A stretch of DNA of 64,000 bases from Ignavibacteriota bacterium (GCA_963801355.1 CAWDEM010000004.1:640001-704000); one strand, 5' to 3'; counted from the first letter of the stretch, positions 10,368-21,019 are shown. Program-made: numbers and translations. The notes: a model not told the origin generated them from the letters alone.

Positions 10368-11066
10368 CTACAGGTACCTGGTTTTGAATTGCTCATAGTC
10401 GTTGATGATCAGCTTGCCCCTCTCGATTTCGATATGGCCGTCGCGGATGAATGCGTGGATCATCCGGGAGATGGTCTCGCGCGAAGTTCCGGCCATATTC
10501 GCGAGATCCTGCTGCAGGGGCAACTCATCAATTTCAACACGACCCTTACGTATTTTCCCGATGTCGTCTGCAAGCTGAAGGACGACGTTAGCTACGCGTC
10601 CGGCAGCATCTTTCAGCGACAAGCTCTTTATCATTGCGTCCGCCTTGCGCAGGCGCATCGTCAGTTCTTTAAGGAGGGCAATCGCCACCGAGGGGAAATC
10701 GTGGAGGAGCTTGAGAAAATCCCTGCGGTGGATCATGAACAATTCGGATTTCGTGGTGGCAACGACGCTCGCCGACCGTGCAAGACCGTCCAGAATTGCC
10801 ATTTCCCCGAAGAAATCACTTTCCCCCAGAATGGAGAGAATCACTTCCCGTCCGTCATCATCCATTCTGGCAATTTTTACCTTTCCGGAGGCAATGACGA
10901 ACAACGCCGCACCGGCCTCTTCTTCCAGCAGGATGATGCTCCCCTTCTTGTATTTCTTTCGTACTCCGACCTTGGCGATGGTTTCGAGATCCATCGGTTC
11001 AAGGTCGCTCAAGATGGGGACATTCTTCAGGAACTCGATGTCGTCTTTCACTTGGGACGGTGTCAA
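10368..11066 (-). CDS. Crp/Fnr family transcriptional regulator
   Basis: cNMP-binding FFGEMA..RSA and HTH GTSRETISR; no FNR cysteine cluster. Confidence 0.93.
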   Translation of the reverse strand: MTPSQVKDDIEFLKNVPILSDLEPMDLETIAKVGVRKKYKKGSIILLEEEAGAALFVIASGKVKIARMDDDGREVILSILGESDFFGEMAILDGLARSASVVATTKSELFMIHRRDFLKLLHDFPSVAIALLKELTMRLRKADAMIKSLSLKDAAGRVANVVLQLADDIGKIRKGRVEIDELPLQQDLANMAGTSRETISRMIHAFIRDGHIEIERGKLIINDYEQFKTRYL

Positions 11067-11172
11067 TGGGGTTTCTGTAAGTGTGACAAAACGACGTCTC
11101 GCGACCCACCAATATAGAAGGTGCGCCTTAGAAAGTCAAGAACAACAACGATTTGGGGCATCCAACCGGGGG

Positions 11173-11796
11173 TTATTCCGCGAGGAGGAGATAGGAAAAG
11201 ACGGCGAAGCCGACCTGCATTGCAGCGAAAGCCCACCCTGAAGCCGTATCGAGCCTGCGGCGTTCATCAAGCAGGGCAGGGTTTCCGGTCGTCAGGTAAG
11301 CGGCGTTTCGGTCATCCGCGGAGATTTTGAGGTATGCGGCAGCAACCCCGGCGGCGACGGCGATACTCCCGCTGGCGTAGAGGGCAACCAGGCGCCCGGT
11401 TTGACCGTTCTCGGTCCGGAGGAGCGGAGAGACCTCCGGCAACGTCGTCAGCCCGAGACGGACGGGCGTCAGAAATGAAAACATGATATGGCGGGCTTCT
11501 CCGGGTGCCAGGACGACGGTCAGCGAATCGCTCCCGGAGAACCAGCTGGCGGGATTCCGGCCCACCACCAGGAGCTTCCGTGTGCCAGAACGGACCGAAT
11601 CGAGCGACAGGGGAGTCACGCCCTTTGCCTGACCATCAATATAGACCGTGGCGCTGTCTGCATCGGCGCTGACGGTAAGCCGCGAAAATGGCGTGACCGA
11701 CGTCGAATCGTCCGGACTGCTTTCAGTCGCGGATCCCATCGCGACGATCAGGCACTGCATCGACATCAGTATCGGCCCAACGCCCGGCAGCTTCAT
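11173..11796 (-). CDS. PEGA-domain envelope protein
   Basis: LTVSA..ATVYIDG..KGVTPL PEGA pattern, hydrophobic C-terminal segments. Confidence 0.7.
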   Translation of the reverse strand: MKLPGVGPILMSMQCLIVAMGSATESSPDDSTSVTPFSRLTVSADADSATVYIDGQAKGVTPLSLDSVRSGTRKLLVVGRNPASWFSGSDSLTVVLAPGEARHIMFSFLTPVRLGLTTLPEVSPLLRTENGQTGRLVALYASGSIAVAAGVAAAYLKISADDRNAAYLTTGNPALLDERRRLDTASGWAFAAMQVGFAVFSYLLLAE

Positions 11797-12944
11797 TCGC
11801 TTCCTCCGAACGCCTGGATGAGCCGGTCATCAGTCGCCACGATCACGCGGTTCCCTCCGGCGATCGGGGCAGTCTTCACCCGGCCTGAAAGCGTCTCCCG
11901 CCACAGGATCGTGCCGTTGGCCGGGTCGATGGCAATCAGTTCTTTCCGGAGTGTGCCCACGTAGAGGGCGTTGTTCACCGCCAGCACACCGCTATTGATG
12001 GGGGCGTGGATGTCGCATGACCAGGCGATCGCGCCGGTGCGCTGATCAAGGGCAAAAACCGTTCCTCCCGTTGTGCCGAATATGCAGAGGCCGGAATGGA
12101 TCAGCGGAGGAGCATAGACAGACGAACCTGCATCGCGGCGCCAGCGGAGAGATCCATCCGCCAGACGGATGGCATAGACGGTGCCCCGGAGTGTTCCGAC
12201 GAACGCCGTCGAATCGGCGATCGAGGGTGCCGCCTGGATAGCGCCATCCACTTCATACCGCCAGTGGAGAATTCCTGTGCCGGGGTCCAGATCATACACT
12301 GCACCGTCATCGGCGCCGAACACCACATGCTGCAACCAGCCCGCCGGTGAAGAACGGATGCCTTTGAGTGCTATATTGCGCGGGAGCTCAAAACGCCAGA
12401 GCACAACGCCCGTCAGCTTATCAACGGCGAAGAGGGTTCCCTGGGTGTTGCCGACAAAAACGCGCGCATCCATCACCAGGGGCGACGTGTGGATATCCCC
12501 GAGCGATGCCCGCCAGCGTACGGTTCCCTGGACAAGGTCAAAGGCAACAAGTGATTCGTGGGATCCCGCCAGCGGAACGATGGCAAGGTCACGTTCTATC
12601 GCCGGAGTTCCTTCGATGGAAGCCCCCAGCGATACCCAGCCGATCCTTTTTCCCGTGCGCAGATTCAGCGCATACAGCTCACCGCGTAAATTGCCGACAA
12701 AGACGATGCTGTCGACGAGAAGAGGGGATCCCGGACCGGTGGCGGCCGAGATATCGTATTGCCACACCAGCGTCAGCGGCGGCGTGACGGTGACGGGCAG
12801 TGCATTCACCCGCAACGCGGAGCGGGCAAATGTCGGCGTATCCAGTTCGCCGGTGTGCAATGCCAGGGGAAGTCGCAAGCTGCTGCAACCCGCACCGAGG
12901 AGCAGGACACACACACTCAGATTCAGGACAAGGGACCTGGCCAT
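11793..12944 (-). CDS. PQQ-repeat beta-propeller lipoprotein (BamB-like)
   Basis: Lipobox LGAGC, about 8 A.D..TG...W blades. Confidence 0.8.
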   Translation of the reverse strand: MARSLVLNLSVCVLLLGAGCSSLRLPLALHTGELDTPTFARSALRVNALPVTVTPPLTLVWQYDISAATGPGSPLLVDSIVFVGNLRGELYALNLRTGKRIGWVSLGASIEGTPAIERDLAIVPLAGSHESLVAFDLVQGTVRWRASLGDIHTSPLVMDARVFVGNTQGTLFAVDKLTGVVLWRFELPRNIALKGIRSSPAGWLQHVVFGADDGAVYDLDPGTGILHWRYEVDGAIQAAPSIADSTAFVGTLRGTVYAIRLADGSLRWRRDAGSSVYAPPLIHSGLCIFGTTGGTVFALDQRTGAIAWSCDIHAPINSGVLAVNNALYVGTLRKELIAIDPANGTILWRETLSGRVKTAPIAGGNRVIVATDDRLIQAFGGSE

Positions 12945-15766
12945 CAGAAATCGTACCCGAAGAAAAATTGGTGGAACATACCGTCCTGAAATCTTGTGAA
13001 GTTGTCTTCAATCCGTTTCCCGACGTCATACCGGAGTACAAGAACGCCGCCGAGATTCAGACGGAGTCCGCCGCCGAGACTCCCGTATGTCTGCTCGTAT
13101 GCGCGATCCCAGGCACTGCCTGCATCAAAGAAGAGCGCGCCGCGGATTGAAAAGAAACTCAGTCCAAAGACGGGGAAGCGGATCGCCAGTTCATCAACAA
13201 AGGGGAAACGCAATTCGTGGCTGGTGAGCCAGAGTTTTTCTCCGCGAATGCTCCATCGGTCGTATCCCCGCAGATCCCAGCTGCCGCCCATGACAAATCT
13301 TCGCGATTCCTTTCCGTGGTTATAGAAGACCCAGAATCGGGAGGCGAAAGCGCTCCGCTGCCCCAGCCGGATGTAGTGACGGTAGTCGGCGATGACGGAA
13401 AAGTAGTTGACGTTTGAGTACTGGATGTCAGTGGTATATGCCAGCATCAGGTTGAAGCGGTTTCCGTCGAGGGGTCCGCTGGGTCCCCAGAGTGAGTTAT
13501 CGTGCGTGAAAGAGAGCGAATTGGAGGTCAGGAGGGCCTTGCGTTCTTCAATTGTGCCGTCGACTTCCCTGTTGGAATTGCTGATGCTGATACCCGATTC
13601 AATCCTGTCAAACTTGGAAATCGGATAGCTCAAAGCGAAGTATCCGCCGAACACGCGCTCGTAGTAGAATTCATCGCGGGCGGTCAGATCGTACCTTCTG
13701 CCTGTGAATCGATAGATGCCGTATGCGTAGCTGGTGCGCTGGCTGAGGGAGATGCGTGAAATGGCAATATTGAAGCTCGACAGAAGTTCATCCTGGGTTT
13801 CCGCCGTATTGTAGAGGAGAAAATAGTATTGTTCATTTCCCAGGACATCGCTCAGCGCAACAAATGCGCCGCCGGATGTGCCGAAAACGGGATCTGTCGA
13901 GATCGCACTCTGCGCGACATCAAGGCTGTACTCTCCCCGGTACTTGGAGTGTTCCCGTTCGTTGTCTCCGCTCAGGCTTCGCGGCTCCCAGGGGGATCCA
14001 TGATGCGCGACATCCATCGCCTTGATGGTCGTTGCGGTGTCCAGAACCGCCTGCACGTGCGGCATCACCTGCAGGTTGAAGCTGAATTTCTCGAATGCCG
14101 TGAACACCAGGTCGCCGGACGATGTCCAGGCCGGGTCGAACGCGGATGTGAGAAATGCGCTTACCCGGGTCATCGTGCGGACTCCCTGCGGGTGAGGGGA
14201 TTGCATGTCCATGACCCAGATGTTGTTCATGCCGTCGGCATTACAGGTGAACGCCAGCTTTGCCCCATCCCGTGACCAGGCGGGGGCGCTCACACTCTCT
14301 TTGCCGTAGGTCAGGTATTCGATGTCATGAGTCGTGATATCATACCGGAAGAGGTTGTAGATCCCTTCCGTGCCAAATGACGTCCGGTCCGAGGTGAAGG
14401 CAATACAGTCACCGTTGGGGGACCATGCAGGATCACGGTCATCGTAGCTGTCGTTGGTCAGCCGGCGGTGTTCCTGTGTGTCGGTGTTCAGAACGTAGAG
14501 GTCGTTTTGGCCGGCGCGATCGATGGCGGCGAAGACAATCTGCCGTCCATCCGGACTCCAGGACACCGATCCGATGCTCACGATCTGAGCGTGTCTGAAG
14601 GTGTTCACCATGGACTCCGTGACGACGTCGTAGAGGTGGAGCACGTCCTGTTCGCCGCTCTTTGTGACGAAGGCGAGAAGACCATCGCCGGACACATCGA
14701 TACGGCTGCGCATCGGATGGAAGGCCTCGAAGGCATCGGTCCGTTCACCCTCAATGATGTTGACTGCCGGTGATTCCGGATCGGGATCGTTCAGGGACTT
14801 TTTGAAGATGCCCGTGTAGCCCGTACGATTGCCCACGAAGTAGACGTCGCGGGTGGTGTCGTGTTCGAACACCACCGGTTTTGCGTTGAAGCCCTCTGTC
14901 ACAAATTTGCGGGTCACACGGCTGGGGGGGTCGGTGTGAGCGAGTAGCGGATAGTATTGCTTCTTGAGAGCGTACAGCCATTCTTCGTCGAATTCCTTGT
15001 ACTTCTTGCCGAGCGTCAGTGCGAAGACATCGTTGAATGAAGATTCCTTCCAGATGTTTTCGAGGAAGAGGAGGACCTTTTCTTCGCCATAGTGCTCTGC
15101 AATATGCATAAGGGCGTTTTGACCTTCTTTGTACATCAGGAACGAGCCGTAGATTCTATCCATGTTGTCGAGTCCGACCACAATACCGTTATGGACCGCA
15201 TCGCGCATCACCATCTCGGCCTGGGTGTCCCATTCGGTGGACCAGTATTCCGCGAGCCCTTCGACAAACCAGAGCGGGGGGTAGCGATCCTGCGTCCTCC
15301 GGTGGTCTGACAGCACGCGGTTCACCTTGCTGTGCATGAACACATGGACGAGTTCATGGCGGATGACGTGCCGGAACTGGGGGAGTGAACCGTCGGATGG
15401 TATGACGACGCGTCCTTTGAGGAACTCGAAGAAGCCGCCTACGCCCTCCGGGATGAATCCCCCGGTGGTATTGGTTTGCTGGAAATGGAGATGGGAGCTG
15501 TAGAAAATCAGCGGGACCCGGTCGCCCAGCGAGTGGTTGAACCGGACCTCAAGGCGTGTGTACGCCTCTTCGGCGAAGAACGCGCCACGCTCGGCGAGGT
15601 CCTTCATATCGGCGTAATAATAGATGTCGAAGTGTTCGGTGCGGAGGACGTGCCAGTCGAAATCGGTGTACTGCACCTTGTTCCTGCCGAAATAGAAGAA
15701 CTGCGCCGGCGCAGTGGAACTGACGGTGAGAAAGAGTACCAGAGTAAAAATGATGGAATGCTTCAT
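12944..15766 (-). CDS. Omp85/BamA-type barrel protein with N-terminal zinc-peptidase-like (HELVH) and TolB/PD40 propeller domains
   Basis: Signal peptide, RHELVH..EGLAEY, PAWSP.G repeats, LRGY motif, FFDAG, C-terminal F. Confidence 0.8.
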   Translation of the reverse strand: MKHSIIFTLVLFLTVSSTAPAQFFYFGRNKVQYTDFDWHVLRTEHFDIYYYADMKDLAERGAFFAEEAYTRLEVRFNHSLGDRVPLIFYSSHLHFQQTNTTGGFIPEGVGGFFEFLKGRVVIPSDGSLPQFRHVIRHELVHVFMHSKVNRVLSDHRRTQDRYPPLWFVEGLAEYWSTEWDTQAEMVMRDAVHNGIVVGLDNMDRIYGSFLMYKEGQNALMHIAEHYGEEKVLLFLENIWKESSFNDVFALTLGKKYKEFDEEWLYALKKQYYPLLAHTDPPSRVTRKFVTEGFNAKPVVFEHDTTRDVYFVGNRTGYTGIFKKSLNDPDPESPAVNIIEGERTDAFEAFHPMRSRIDVSGDGLLAFVTKSGEQDVLHLYDVVTESMVNTFRHAQIVSIGSVSWSPDGRQIVFAAIDRAGQNDLYVLNTDTQEHRRLTNDSYDDRDPAWSPNGDCIAFTSDRTSFGTEGIYNLFRYDITTHDIEYLTYGKESVSAPAWSRDGAKLAFTCNADGMNNIWVMDMQSPHPQGVRTMTRVSAFLTSAFDPAWTSSGDLVFTAFEKFSFNLQVMPHVQAVLDTATTIKAMDVAHHGSPWEPRSLSGDNEREHSKYRGEYSLDVAQSAISTDPVFGTSGGAFVALSDVLGNEQYYFLLYNTAETQDELLSSFNIAISRISLSQRTSYAYGIYRFTGRRYDLTARDEFYYERVFGGYFALSYPISKFDRIESGISISNSNREVDGTIEERKALLTSNSLSFTHDNSLWGPSGPLDGNRFNLMLAYTTDIQYSNVNYFSVIADYRHYIRLGQRSAFASRFWVFYNHGKESRRFVMGGSWDLRGYDRWSIRGEKLWLTSHELRFPFVDELAIRFPVFGLSFFSIRGALFFDAGSAWDRAYEQTYGSLGGGLRLNLGGVLVLRYDVGKRIEDNFTRFQDGMFHQFFFGYDF

Positions 15767-15842
15767 GGCCGGCCCTGCAAAGAGCTATCCCCGCAACGTG
15801 TACGGGCATTGTAGGAAGTTTCCGGAGAAGAATCAACCGGTG

Positions 15843-16892
15843 CTACCGCTGGGCGAGAGACTGCTTCAGGTAGTCAATCACCGCCACCGGCGTCGGGTCT
15901 TCACCGTGGAGCACGGCCAGGTAGAAGCTCAACCAATCGCCCAGTTGTACCAGCGAGAAGATACGTGCGAGCGGGCTCATTCCCTCACTCCACACTTCCT
16001 CGACGTGTTCGGTATAGCGGCTGATGATTTCGCGCGTCAAATCCATGCGCATCTGCACTCTCTGGTGGTCACCCTTATCGCGCAGGAAGATGACCACCAT
16101 CTCACGCATCTGGTTTTCCAGGACCTTCCACCCCACAAGCTCGTTATGATTCATCTCGGGGAGTACGTGGCCGAATGCCAGCGATTTGGCATTCTCGGCA
16201 ATCTGGCCACGCCAGCGGGTGTTGACCGCATCGAAACGCTCGGTGGAGGAATAACAGATGGCGATACGGTGATGCAGTTTCTGTGCGAGGGCGAGCGCCG
16301 GATTTGACGCGGATTCCAGGCCCGCGAAGCGCTTGGCGTTCTCATCCAGCAGGGCGAGGGTTTCTGCGATTTCCTTCTGCCGGTTCTTGATAAATCCGGC
16401 TTTCGTGAGGGCGATCAGGAGCGGAAAGAAGGAGTAAGCGAGGGCGGCCCGCGGAGGGAGCCCGCCGGGAACTTTGATGAACGGCGAATGGGCCCGTCGC
16501 GCGAGCTGCTCGGTGGTCCCGTCGGACGACACGCACAGCAGGCGGGCTTTCCTCCGCAGCGCCTCGCGGTGGGCGGTTGTCGTTTCCTCCGTTTTTCCGG
16601 AATAGCTGGAGATCACGACCAGCGAGTCCGGGCCGACGAATTTCGGCAGGAGGTAATAGCGGTTCACGATGAAGGGGATCTTCAGCTCACCGGCAAGATA
16701 ACTGCGGAGCAGGTCCCCGCCGATGGCGGAGCCTCCGAGTCCGCACATCACGATATTCCGGATGCCGGCGGACTTCAATCGCACGTCGGCGTTTCCGCCG
16801 ATCGCGAGCGCATCGCGGACCTGGTTGGGGAACTCGCGCAGGAGAGTCAACATGCCGGCGTGGTCGATTTTGTCAATATCGTCAGAAGTCAT
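15843..16892 (-). CDS. Bifunctional phosphoglucose/phosphomannose isomerase
   Basis: GLGGSAIGG, SYSG.TEET, ENAK, PEMNHNE. Confidence 0.92.
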   Translation of the reverse strand: MTSDDIDKIDHAGMLTLLREFPNQVRDALAIGGNADVRLKSAGIRNIVMCGLGGSAIGGDLLRSYLAGELKIPFIVNRYYLLPKFVGPDSLVVISSYSGKTEETTTAHREALRRKARLLCVSSDGTTEQLARRAHSPFIKVPGGLPPRAALAYSFFPLLIALTKAGFIKNRQKEIAETLALLDENAKRFAGLESASNPALALAQKLHHRIAICYSSTERFDAVNTRWRGQIAENAKSLAFGHVLPEMNHNELVGWKVLENQMREMVVIFLRDKGDHQRVQMRMDLTREIISRYTEHVEEVWSEGMSPLARIFSLVQLGDWLSFYLAVLHGEDPTPVAVIDYLKQSLAQR

Positions 16893-16921
16893 GGGTGGAT
16901 TCCCGGTGCGTGCTGGAATGG

Positions 16922-18685
16922 TCAGAGTTCGTAGGGGATTTCCGGCACTTTGTTTTTGATGATGGAAGAGAGGAACGCCCGGATTTCGGCTTCGGTGTGA
17001 AGCGCGCAGACCTTGTCGGCAACCCGCTTGGCGTCTTTGAATTTGATGGAACGGATGATTTTTTTGATTTCCGGGAGAACCGGCGGGATGACGCTCAGCT
17101 CATCGACACCGATGCCCACCAGAAGCACCGTGGCCAGGGGGTCTCCCGCCATCTCACCGCAGACGCCCACCCAGTTATTTTTCCGATGTGCGGCATCGAC
17201 GATGTTGCGGAGTGTGCGCACCACGGCCGGGTGGAACGGCTGGAAGAGGGAGGCGACGGCATCATTTCCCCGATCCACCGCCATCACATATTGCGTCAGG
17301 TCGTTGGTGCCGATGCTCAGAAAATGCGTCTCGGCGGCAAGCTGTTCCGCCATCATGGCGGCAGCGGGGACCTCGATCATGGCGCCGACTTTGATCCGCG
17401 TGTCATATTTCACCCCGCGCGTCTTCAGCTCCTCCATGGCCTGCTTGAGGAAGCTCTTGGCCTTCAGCACTTCACCAAGTGTGGAGATCATCGGAAACAT
17501 GATGCGGACGTTCCGATGCGCGCTGGCCCGGAGGATCGCGCGGAGCTGATCCAGGAATATATCCGGCCGGTCGAGCATCACACGTATGCCGCGCCAGCCA
17601 AGGAACGGGTTTTCTTCATGCAGGCCATCCGGGGCAAGCTTGTCCCCTCCCACATCGAACGTGCGGAAAATGACGGGATGCGGAAACGATGCCTCCGCAA
17701 CCTTGGCATACAGGGCGGCCTGCTCGTCTTCGCCGGGGTAGTCGGCCCGGCCGACCAGCTGCATCTCTGTGCGGAAAAGCCCGACGCCTTCCGATCCCTG
17801 CATGCGGGCGAAGTCGATCTCCTCTGCAAATTCGATGTTCGATGAAAGCTCGATGTGTTTCTTGTCCAGCGTGTCTGCCGGCAGGGCGGCGATGCCGGCG
17901 AGTTGCTGCTCGAAGGCGAAGAACCGATCCGCCCGGGCCTGAAGGATCCGCAGCGTCTCCGCCGTGGGGTTGATGATCAGCAGGCCGGCATAGCCGTCAA
18001 TGGCAAGGAGGTCTCCGGTCTTGATCTGTTTTGTCGCGGTGTGCAGGCCTACGACTGCCGGTATTTTCAGAGAGCGGGACAGCAGGGCTGCGTGCGATGT
18101 GACGCCCCCGAGGTCTGTCGCATACCCCAGTGTTTGGTTGCGGCTGAAGATCACCGTGTCGGCCGGCGCCAGTGTCTCGGACACGATGATGGAGGCACCC
18201 TCAAGTCGGGAATAGAGCTTCTGATCCCGGATGTTCCGGATGATCCTGTTCATGACGTCGTCCACATCACGCGCGCGTTCGTGCATGTACTCGTCGGGCG
18301 ACGCCATCATCATCTGCCGGTACTTGTTGATTTCCGTGCTGACGACGTACTCGGCGTTCATCAACTCGTCAGCGATGCGTTTCTTGATCGTGCCCATCAG
18401 GATCGCATCCGAGAGGATCATGACCTGGGCTTCGAAGATCGTTGCGCTTTCGGAGCCGAGTTTCTGCTCGGCAAACGCGAGAATTTTACGCAACTCCTTT
18501 TCCGAACGCGCATTTGCCGCGGTCAGCCGCTCGACCTCCGCTTCCACGTCCTCGGGCGCGATGTGTTTGGGTTCGACGTGCGGCGCCTGTTTGGTGAACA
18601 GGTACGCCGGCCCGGTGGCGATGCCGGGTGCTGCGGCGATCCCTTTGATGATAATCTCGTCCGGCGTGAGGGTTGTGTCGTTCAT
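16922..18685 (-). CDS. ptsI: PTS enzyme I
   Basis: GGVTSHAA phospho-His, GLFRTE, EENPFLGWRGIR, SIGTNDLTQY, GVCGEMAG; start adjusted to 18685. Confidence 0.95.
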   Translation of the reverse strand: MNDTTLTPDEIIIKGIAAAPGIATGPAYLFTKQAPHVEPKHIAPEDVEAEVERLTAANARSEKELRKILAFAEQKLGSESATIFEAQVMILSDAILMGTIKKRIADELMNAEYVVSTEINKYRQMMMASPDEYMHERARDVDDVMNRIIRNIRDQKLYSRLEGASIIVSETLAPADTVIFSRNQTLGYATDLGGVTSHAALLSRSLKIPAVVGLHTATKQIKTGDLLAIDGYAGLLIINPTAETLRILQARADRFFAFEQQLAGIAALPADTLDKKHIELSSNIEFAEEIDFARMQGSEGVGLFRTEMQLVGRADYPGEDEQAALYAKVAEASFPHPVIFRTFDVGGDKLAPDGLHEENPFLGWRGIRVMLDRPDIFLDQLRAILRASAHRNVRIMFPMISTLGEVLKAKSFLKQAMEELKTRGVKYDTRIKVGAMIEVPAAAMMAEQLAAETHFLSIGTNDLTQYVMAVDRGNDAVASLFQPFHPAVVRTLRNIVDAAHRKNNWVGVCGEMAGDPLATVLLVGIGVDELSVIPPVLPEIKKIIRSIKFKDAKRVADKVCALHTEAEIRAFLSSIIKNKVPEIPYEL

Positions 18686-18686
18686 G

Positions 18687-18953
18687 TCATTCTTCGTCGA
18701 AGCCGCGCTCGATGAGATCCACCACCGCCGCGGCGGCGTATTCTTCGTCGGGTCCGTCAAACCTCAATAAGAGGCTGGATCCCTTTTCGGCGGCGAGGGT
18801 CATGACGCCGATGATACTCTTTCCGTTAATCTCGAAGGCATCTTTCTTGATGGTGAATTCAGCCTTAAATTTTGCCGCTGTTTTCACCAGAGCTGCCGCC
18901 GGGCGTGTGTGCATCCCCGCTCTATTGCGGATGGTCACGGTACGTTCGATCAT
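18687..18953 (-). CDS. ptsH: Phosphocarrier protein HPr
   Basis: GMHTRPAA (His15), NGKSIIGVMTL (Ser46). Confidence 0.95.
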   Translation of the reverse strand: MIERTVTIRNRAGMHTRPAAALVKTAAKFKAEFTIKKDAFEINGKSIIGVMTLAAEKGSSLLLRFDGPDEEYAAAAVVDLIERGFDEE

Positions 18954-18956
18954 GGC

Positions 18957-19967
18957 TCAGGATGCACGGTCAAGCAGAGAGAGTGAAAGCCAGTGAAGCA
19001 TTGCACGTGCCGGCGAAGCCGGGACGGCGGCGAGCGAACGGTGCGCGCGCAGCGTATACAGCTCCACCTTGTGACGGGTCGCGTCGATGACGCCGCAGGA
19101 CTCGTAGATGGTGCGGACCTTGCGTACCATCGAGCGCCGGTCCGCCGCTGACAGGAGTTGTGGTATCCCGGTTTTGCGCCGTGCGATCCGCTCCAGCAGC
19201 CTGCGATCACTCCCCCGCGCCCGTTCGAGCGCGGTCAACAACAGAAATGTGCGTTTACCTTCGATAATGTCTCCGCCGATCGCCTTCCCGAAATGATGTT
19301 CGTCGCCGACAACGTCCAGCAGATCATCCTGCAGCTGGAAGGCCCTCCCCAGGTGGTCTCCGAATGCCCTCAACGCGCGAAGGGTCCCGGGCGATGCGCC
19401 GCCAATCAGCGCTCCCAGCTCGGTGGAGGTGGTGATCAGTCGGCCGGTCTTCCGCGCGATCATATCAAAGTATTCCTGCACGCTGACATCGTCGCGCTTC
19501 TCAAACGACAGGTCCAGAGCCTGACCTTCGCAGACATCGTACACGCCGCGGGTGAAGAGACGGATGAGCCTGCCCAGGTCGTCGTGCCGGGTTTTCAAGA
19601 GTTGACTGTACGCGACGGCGAGGAGGGTATCGCCCGCCAGGAGCGCCGTGTTCAGGTCCCATTTCACGTGGACGGTGGGCACTCCGCGCCGGGAGGGCGC
19701 ATGATCCATGACGTCGTCATGGACAAGAGTGAAATTGTGCATGATCTCCACCGCCGCCGCAGCCGGCAGAGCTTGGCGTGCCGTGCCTCCTGCCGCTTCG
19801 CTGGAAAGCATCACCAGCACCGCACGCAGGCGTTTTCCCCCCGTAGTGAGAACGTAGTTGCAGGCATCGCGGAGCGTGCCGGGCGTGCGGAGCTGCAGCA
19901 GCGTTGCCAGGTAAGCGTCTACCAGGAGGCGGAGTTTGTCGTAGCGCCGTGCAAAGTGCCGGTTCAT
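18957..19967 (-). CDS. Polyprenyl diphosphate synthase (GGPP-synthase-like)
   Basis: GGKRLR, FTLVHDDVMD, FQLQDDLLD; ATG overlaps the fni stop. Confidence 0.92.
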   Translation of the reverse strand: MNRHFARRYDKLRLLVDAYLATLLQLRTPGTLRDACNYVLTTGGKRLRAVLVMLSSEAAGGTARQALPAAAAVEIMHNFTLVHDDVMDHAPSRRGVPTVHVKWDLNTALLAGDTLLAVAYSQLLKTRHDDLGRLIRLFTRGVYDVCEGQALDLSFEKRDDVSVQEYFDMIARKTGRLITTSTELGALIGGASPGTLRALRAFGDHLGRAFQLQDDLLDVVGDEHHFGKAIGGDIIEGKRTFLLLTALERARGSDRRLLERIARRKTGIPQLLSAADRRSMVRKVRTIYESCGVIDATRHKVELYTLRAHRSLAAVPASPARAMLHWLSLSLLDRAS

Positions 19968-21019
19968 GGTCGTTGTGTCCGTCGGAGAGGAACGCTCTGG
20001 AGATCGGTCAGCGTCCGCGCGCCGGTGAGAAACATCGCACTTTTCAGTTCGAACACCCATGCGTCGAGAAATCGGCGTGCCCCCGTGGCGCCGTCGCGTG
20101 TAAGCGCCTGCAACACCGGCCGCGCTGATGCCACGAGATCAGCACCCAGCGCGAAGCACTTTGCTGCGTCAAGTCCTGCCCCAATCCCCCCCGAAGCAGT
20201 AATGTGCAGCGAAGGGTTTGTGTGCTTCAGGGTAGCCACTTCCCGTACAGCGTCAGCCGTGGGGATCCCCCAGTCCCAGAATCTCACCGCGGCTCTGTGG
20301 CCCCGGCGGCGCAGAATTTCCACTCCGGCCCAGCTTGTGCCTCCTGCACCCGCCACGTCGATGTAGTGCACACCGGCGTCAAGCAAGCGCCGTGCGACGT
20401 CGGTGGAGATGCCGGCCCCGATTTCCTTGACGATGATCGGGACCGGGAGTTCACGCACCAGCATTGCGATTCCCTTCAGCACTCCGCGAAACGCCGGGGT
20501 ACCCTCGGGCTGGAGGAGTTCCTGCACAGGATTGAGATGCACGGCCAGCGCGTCGGCACGAACGAGCGCGACAAGGGACAACGCCGGAGCCGGTCCTTTC
20601 ATCATGGCGACTTCAGCGGCTCCAATGTTCCCAACGACGGGAATTTCGGGTGCCACCTCCCGGACGACAGAGAACGAGCGGTGGAATCTCGTATCCTCCA
20701 GGGTCTGCCGCTGGCTGCCGACGCCCATGGCAATGCCCCTGGCCGCGCACAGTTCGGCCAGGCTGCGATTGATACGCAGCGCTTCGGCGTATCCGCCGGT
20801 CATGCAGGAAACCATGAAGGGCAGATCCAGGCGCCGCCCCAGAAACGTTGTCGATGGGTCAATCTCGGAAAAGTTCAGCTCCGGAAGTGCGTTGTGGACG
20901 AACTCCCATGCCTCAAGTCCATTCGTTTTCGCGCGGAATGCCACATCCTGTGTGAGGACGGTGTGGACGTGCTGCTGCTTGCGGCTGCTTGTGCCGCGTT
21001 GAGGAGAATTCCGGGGCAT
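19964..21019 (-). CDS. fni: Type 2 isopentenyl-diphosphate isomerase
   Basis: RKQQHV, MTGG, GVGSQR, HLNPVQE, VKEIGAG, AGAGGTSW. Confidence 0.93.
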   Translation of the reverse strand: MPRNSPQRGTSSRKQQHVHTVLTQDVAFRAKTNGLEAWEFVHNALPELNFSEIDPSTTFLGRRLDLPFMVSCMTGGYAEALRINRSLAELCAARGIAMGVGSQRQTLEDTRFHRSFSVVREVAPEIPVVGNIGAAEVAMMKGPAPALSLVALVRADALAVHLNPVQELLQPEGTPAFRGVLKGIAMLVRELPVPIIVKEIGAGISTDVARRLLDAGVHYIDVAGAGGTSWAGVEILRRRGHRAAVRFWDWGIPTADAVREVATLKHTNPSLHITASGGIGAGLDAAKCFALGADLVASARPVLQALTRDGATGARRFLDAWVFELKSAMFLTGARTLTDLQSVPLRRTQRP

